From Tubiluchus corallicola (lineage: Eukaryota > Animalia > Priapulida): a DNA stretch of 64,000 nucleotides. Positions 62,601 through 64,000 of this stretch are shown here, one piece after another. Where the stretch lies: NCBI GenBank assembly GCA_030141605.1, contig JAQGDQ010000553.1, positions 62,001-126,000 on the forward strand. The letters run 5' to 3'. Position 1 is the stretch's first letter, and each line of letters begins with the position of its first letter. Below the pieces are notes generated by a model. It saw nothing but the letters and a program-made list of their open reading frames with translations. It did no database searches and was not told where the DNA came from. Position numbers and translations under genes: made by a program.

Positions 62601-63062
62601 CCTGTATGTTCACAATTTGGCATTCATGGTCATTATTTAATTAATGGCATCTTTAATTGTCAGCTAAATTGAAATGAAATTGATCTATGAAGACCTTTTA
62701 AAACTTTTAATTTATTGAAACAAGTGAATCTAACAAAATTTCAAAGCCTTTTAGTATTAATAATATGCTAAAAGTGTCAACAATCTGATTATAACAAAAA
62801 ACTAAATGCTACAAAAAAAATACTAAAGTGTTTACTATGACGGATTAAAAAGATTTAGCACAAAAAGTGAATGTAACCAGATTCTTCTTTACCTGTTCGC
62901 ATCATACTGCTTGCCGCCCATGAATCCATAGCGGTCAACTTTTTGCTCAGAAGCTGTTGAGAGAGAGGAAACATCAAATGTTTCTCCATTAATTCCATCA
63001 CTATCAAGGCTCTCTAATGATTCATCCATCTCTCTCATCACACTAGAGTTATTTACAGCCAT
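36082..63062 (-). CDS. TBC1D10: TBC1D10/EPI64-family Rab GTPase-activating protein, ~1449 aa, 9 coding exons
   Basis: Exons (minus): 63062-62893, 47276-47177, 45856-45749, 45133-45027, 43681-43501, 42975-42901, 42398-42284, 41092-40938, 39420-36082. All junctions are GT-AG and phases are consistent (4350 nt). Motifs: [71 protein letters not shown] (R-finger), GYCQAMAP (Q-finger), [38 protein letters not shown]. Confidence 0.93.
41657..41730 (+). mobile_element. tRNA-derived SINE head or tRNA pseudogene
   Basis: TGACCAAGTGGTTTAGA (A box-like) and GAGTTCAAGTCT (B box-like). The stems do not close. Confidence 0.45.
43735..43958 (-). mobile_element. tRNA(Gly)-like SINE with an (ATT)n-like tail
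   Basis: Minus strand reads GGCATAGCTCAATGGTATTGTGCTCGCTTCCCACCCGTGAGGTCTGTGGCTCAACTCCTGAC, resembling tRNA-Gly(CCC). It is followed by a ~130-nt body and an ATT-rich tail. Confidence 0.6.
47571..47597. repeat. (TA)n microsatellite
   Basis: Direct reading of the sequence. Confidence 0.9.
48400..48710. repeat. Purine-rich (GA/GAAA) low-complexity tract
   Basis: About 300 nt strongly dominated by A/G on the + strand, i.e. a polypyrimidine-rich tract in the TBC1D10 pre-mRNA. Confidence 0.85.
49400..49810. repeat. Pentanucleotide microsatellite (CAGTA/CAATA/CAGCA)n
   Basis: Near-pure ACAGT core at ~49636-49700 with degenerate flanks. It explains the QYSTV/YCTVL ORFs. Confidence 0.95.
50961..51225. 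mobile_element. Possible degenerate MITE (piggyBac-like ends)
   Basis: Inverted ends TTCACTTCCTCAGCT ... AGCTGAGGAAAGAGTTA around a CpG-rich interior. Confidence 0.35.
53591..53685 (-). mobile_element. tRNA-derived SINE head, same family as 19956-20044
   Basis: Minus strand reads TTGCTCAAGTGCTAGAGCG ... AAAGTCCTGGGCTCGAATCCAGGTTAACTCACAGTT. Confidence 0.6.
55721..56274. mobile_element. Kolobok-like MITE (TTAA target), copy 2
   Basis: TTAA-ACGAAAACAGGAT ... GTCCGGTTTTCCT-TTAA. Colinear with 4791-5366. Confidence 0.8.
57005..57350 (-). mobile_element. 3' end fragment of a CR1/L2/Crack-group LINE
   Basis: The ORF contains [18 protein letters not shown], matching the C-terminal 'SFFPR..xxWNxLP' motif of these LINE ORF2s. 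It is followed by an A-rich tail. Confidence 0.55.
58790..59050. mobile_element. Degenerate copy of the 14354-14719 MITE family
   Basis: Shared blocks GGCCTGAAA.CTC.G.GATTA, ATTGGAGCTATC.TGAAA, TCAGTATTC and GTGAGACATCTGCAAGATGT. Confidence 0.65.
62384..62608. mobile_element. Degenerate palindromic repeat with a hammerhead-like remnant
   Basis: Inverted arms around ~62500. The right arm reads CTGATGA-T-GATC-tgtgac-GATC-G(CTAA) at 62554-62580. The left arm (minus) reads GATGATG...GATCGAA. Confidence 0.45.
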
Positions 63063-64000
63063 TTCAATGTTTCACTCCAATAAAAATATCCGCTTGTAAT
63101 TAATAGACATTTCCTAAAAACAAAAAAGAACTGATACATAAAATGAATAAATATAAGAAGTGAAGAAATAAATTTGTTTTGTAAATCTTTTGAAGCTGGT
63201 GACTTCTTACTTCCACAATCTAACTACGAGAAATGAAAAATTCCATACAGCAAAGCTAAATAGAATCTAGAGTCTTCTATTTTCAAGACAACTTTCCTAG
63301 TTATTTTTAAATTTGACATTATAAATATATATTCCGTTATTATAATTATTACAATTTTATATAAATTATTATGCTTTCACGCTATTCTAATTTAAACAGT
63401 AGACTCCTAAGTTTAAAATTCAATGTCATTAAAATTTGTACGGATATAGTACGGTATACCAGAACCTGAAAATAAAGAGCTGGTCAAAATAATCAATATA
63501 CCTGCAATCAAAACAAAAAGATAATGCAATGTCTCAATTCAGCAGGTAGACAAAAAATGAAAATCACTAAAACTAATTTCACTAATAATATGAAAAATTT
63601 GGACTAGTTATGTCGTGATTCTGAGACACAGACAACATGTTACTGCAGATAGTGAAGTACAGTAATATGCAAAAAAGCTCAAAATCTACTATACTTTTAT
63701 TTTTGCCTTTATTAATAATATTATTGCAGTTACAATGTTTAGCGAATATTTCTGAAATACTTGCTTGCAACTAACTTTAGCCTTTAAAACAACAATTACA
63801 GTGATCAGATTAGTGTAATACTACAAACTTACTCAAAACAGATTACAAGATCTCACAATTTATCCAAAATGCAAATTTACAACACAAGAAAATCAACACT
63901 CCTCTCACTTGCTCAAAACGGTGACCGTCTACGCTTATGCTGTACGTTATGTGGCTCCGCCTGGTGGAGACTAAGTAACACGAAAAAGCATGGCGCCGAT

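Noticed and set aside
1-64000. CRISPR arrays, bacterial operons, rRNA, selenoprotein/SECIS
   Set aside because: This is eukaryotic spliced DNA. I saw no regularly spaced repeat-spacer array, no rRNA-like sequence and no in-frame TGA in the reconstructed genes.

Overview
AT-rich, intron-containing animal (invertebrate-like) nuclear DNA; nothing here is prokaryotic. I reconstructed five protein-coding genes by hand from GT-AG junctions with consistent phases: (1) the last two coding exons of a PPM1E/F-like PP2C phosphatase (+), ending in an unusual CKQQ CaaX-like motif; (2) a single-coding-exon F-box/LRR-like gene (-); (3) Derlin-2 with an intronless CDS (-); (4) head-to-head with it, a 15-coding-exon SETD1/Set1 H3K4 methyltransferase (+, ~1585 aa); (5) a convergent 9-coding-exon TBC1D10/EPI64-family RabGAP (-, ~1449 aa) with a ~1100-aa Ser/Pro-rich tail and a 15.6-kb intron. 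Non-coding DNA holds many MITEs (hAT with 8-bp TSDs, Kolobok-like TTAA, Tc1/mariner-like TA), tRNA-derived SINE heads, LINE fragments and simple repeats. The most striking signals are: a dispersed family of repeats, partly palindromic, carrying type-I hammerhead ribozyme motifs with stem-II covariation (Penelope-like pLTR/retrozyme-type; 28.5, 33.2 and 62.5 kb); a predicted uORF-packed 5' UTR exon in SETD1; long near-perfect TA-centred palindromes; and an 11-nt candidate microexon upstream of Derlin-2. All calls come from reading the sequence; no searches were run.
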